Of a DNA stretch of 64,000 nt, positions 63,508 to 64,000 are shown in pieces. Source of the stretch: Phoronis australis (Eukaryota > Animalia > Phoronida). The stretch is taken from the NCBI GenBank assembly GCA_002633005.1, contig NMRA01000064.1:248001-312000 (forward strand). Direction: 5' to 3'. The translations under genes and the position numbers were made by a program. Under the pieces are notes generated by a model. The model ran no database searches and was not told the origin of the DNA. It saw only the letters and a list, made by a program, of their open reading frames with translations. Position 1 is the first letter of the stretch; every line of letters starts with the position of its first letter.

Positions 63508-64000
63508 GTATGTTGCAGAGGCTTTGTTAAAAAGGGCGTGGTAGTATTCAGCATTTGAGGAAGTCGGCCATGTTCTCCCTGCATGCATTCAAACATACCG
63601 TATACTACTGCACTGCATTGCATTGTTCACAAATCTTGAGGCATATGTTTAAAAACTTCTGTTCTTTCTTTAAAAATTTGAATCATTTGAAAACTTTTAG
63701 CTTAATCTGTTTTATATGACGGTGATTGAAGTAGCATTGCCTTTTTGTTAATTTATTCTCATGCTTTTGTGGTAAAAATTACTAGTGGCATGCTCAGCAA
63801 GTGAACATGAAGTGTGATAGATACTAAAGATGTTGTGAAGAGTCGAGATATGAAACTATGACATGCGGCATTTTGAGCTGTTGTAGAACATTGACATTTC
63901 AGTGTATACTTGATGTCAAGAATGAACGCACAAGTTTGGTCATTTTAAATAAAAAACTGTGTCATTTCCTCCTTTGTTTATGTACAATATTTTAAATATT

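Overview
AT-rich, intron-rich metazoan genomic DNA, probably a lophotrochozoan invertebrate (inference from repeat content and gene structure), with an assembly gap at 617-921. Five spliced genes alternate in orientation and were reconstructed by hand from splice sites and reading phase: AP1AR/Gadkin (+, first coding exon not found, 11922-28900); a 14-exon, 599-aa DEAD-box helicase (-, 45527-32209) of DDX21/plant RH9-RH53 type with a mitochondrial-presequence-like N-terminus, no recognisable GUCT domain and a G/S/R-rich tail; LDAH (+, 47723-50010); HMGCL (-, 59814-50563; GC-AG intron, PTS1 'SHL'); and the start of LRRC45 (+, 62696 onward). Helicase/LDAH and HMGCL/LRRC45 are head-to-head with very short promoters. 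AP1AR/helicase and LDAH/HMGCL are tail-to-tail with possibly overlapping 3' ends. Introns hold many minisatellites, foldback/MITE elements, a Helitron 3' end, LINE and SINE relics, a HIRAN-domain relic and a decayed intronless TatD-nuclease ORF. The best leads are the candidate mitochondrial RH53/DDX21-like helicase, the TatD-carrying element in its first intron, an extra W-acidic cassette exon in AP1AR, and a minisatellite that copies an HMGCL splice donor. All family calls come from recalled motifs; no database search was run.
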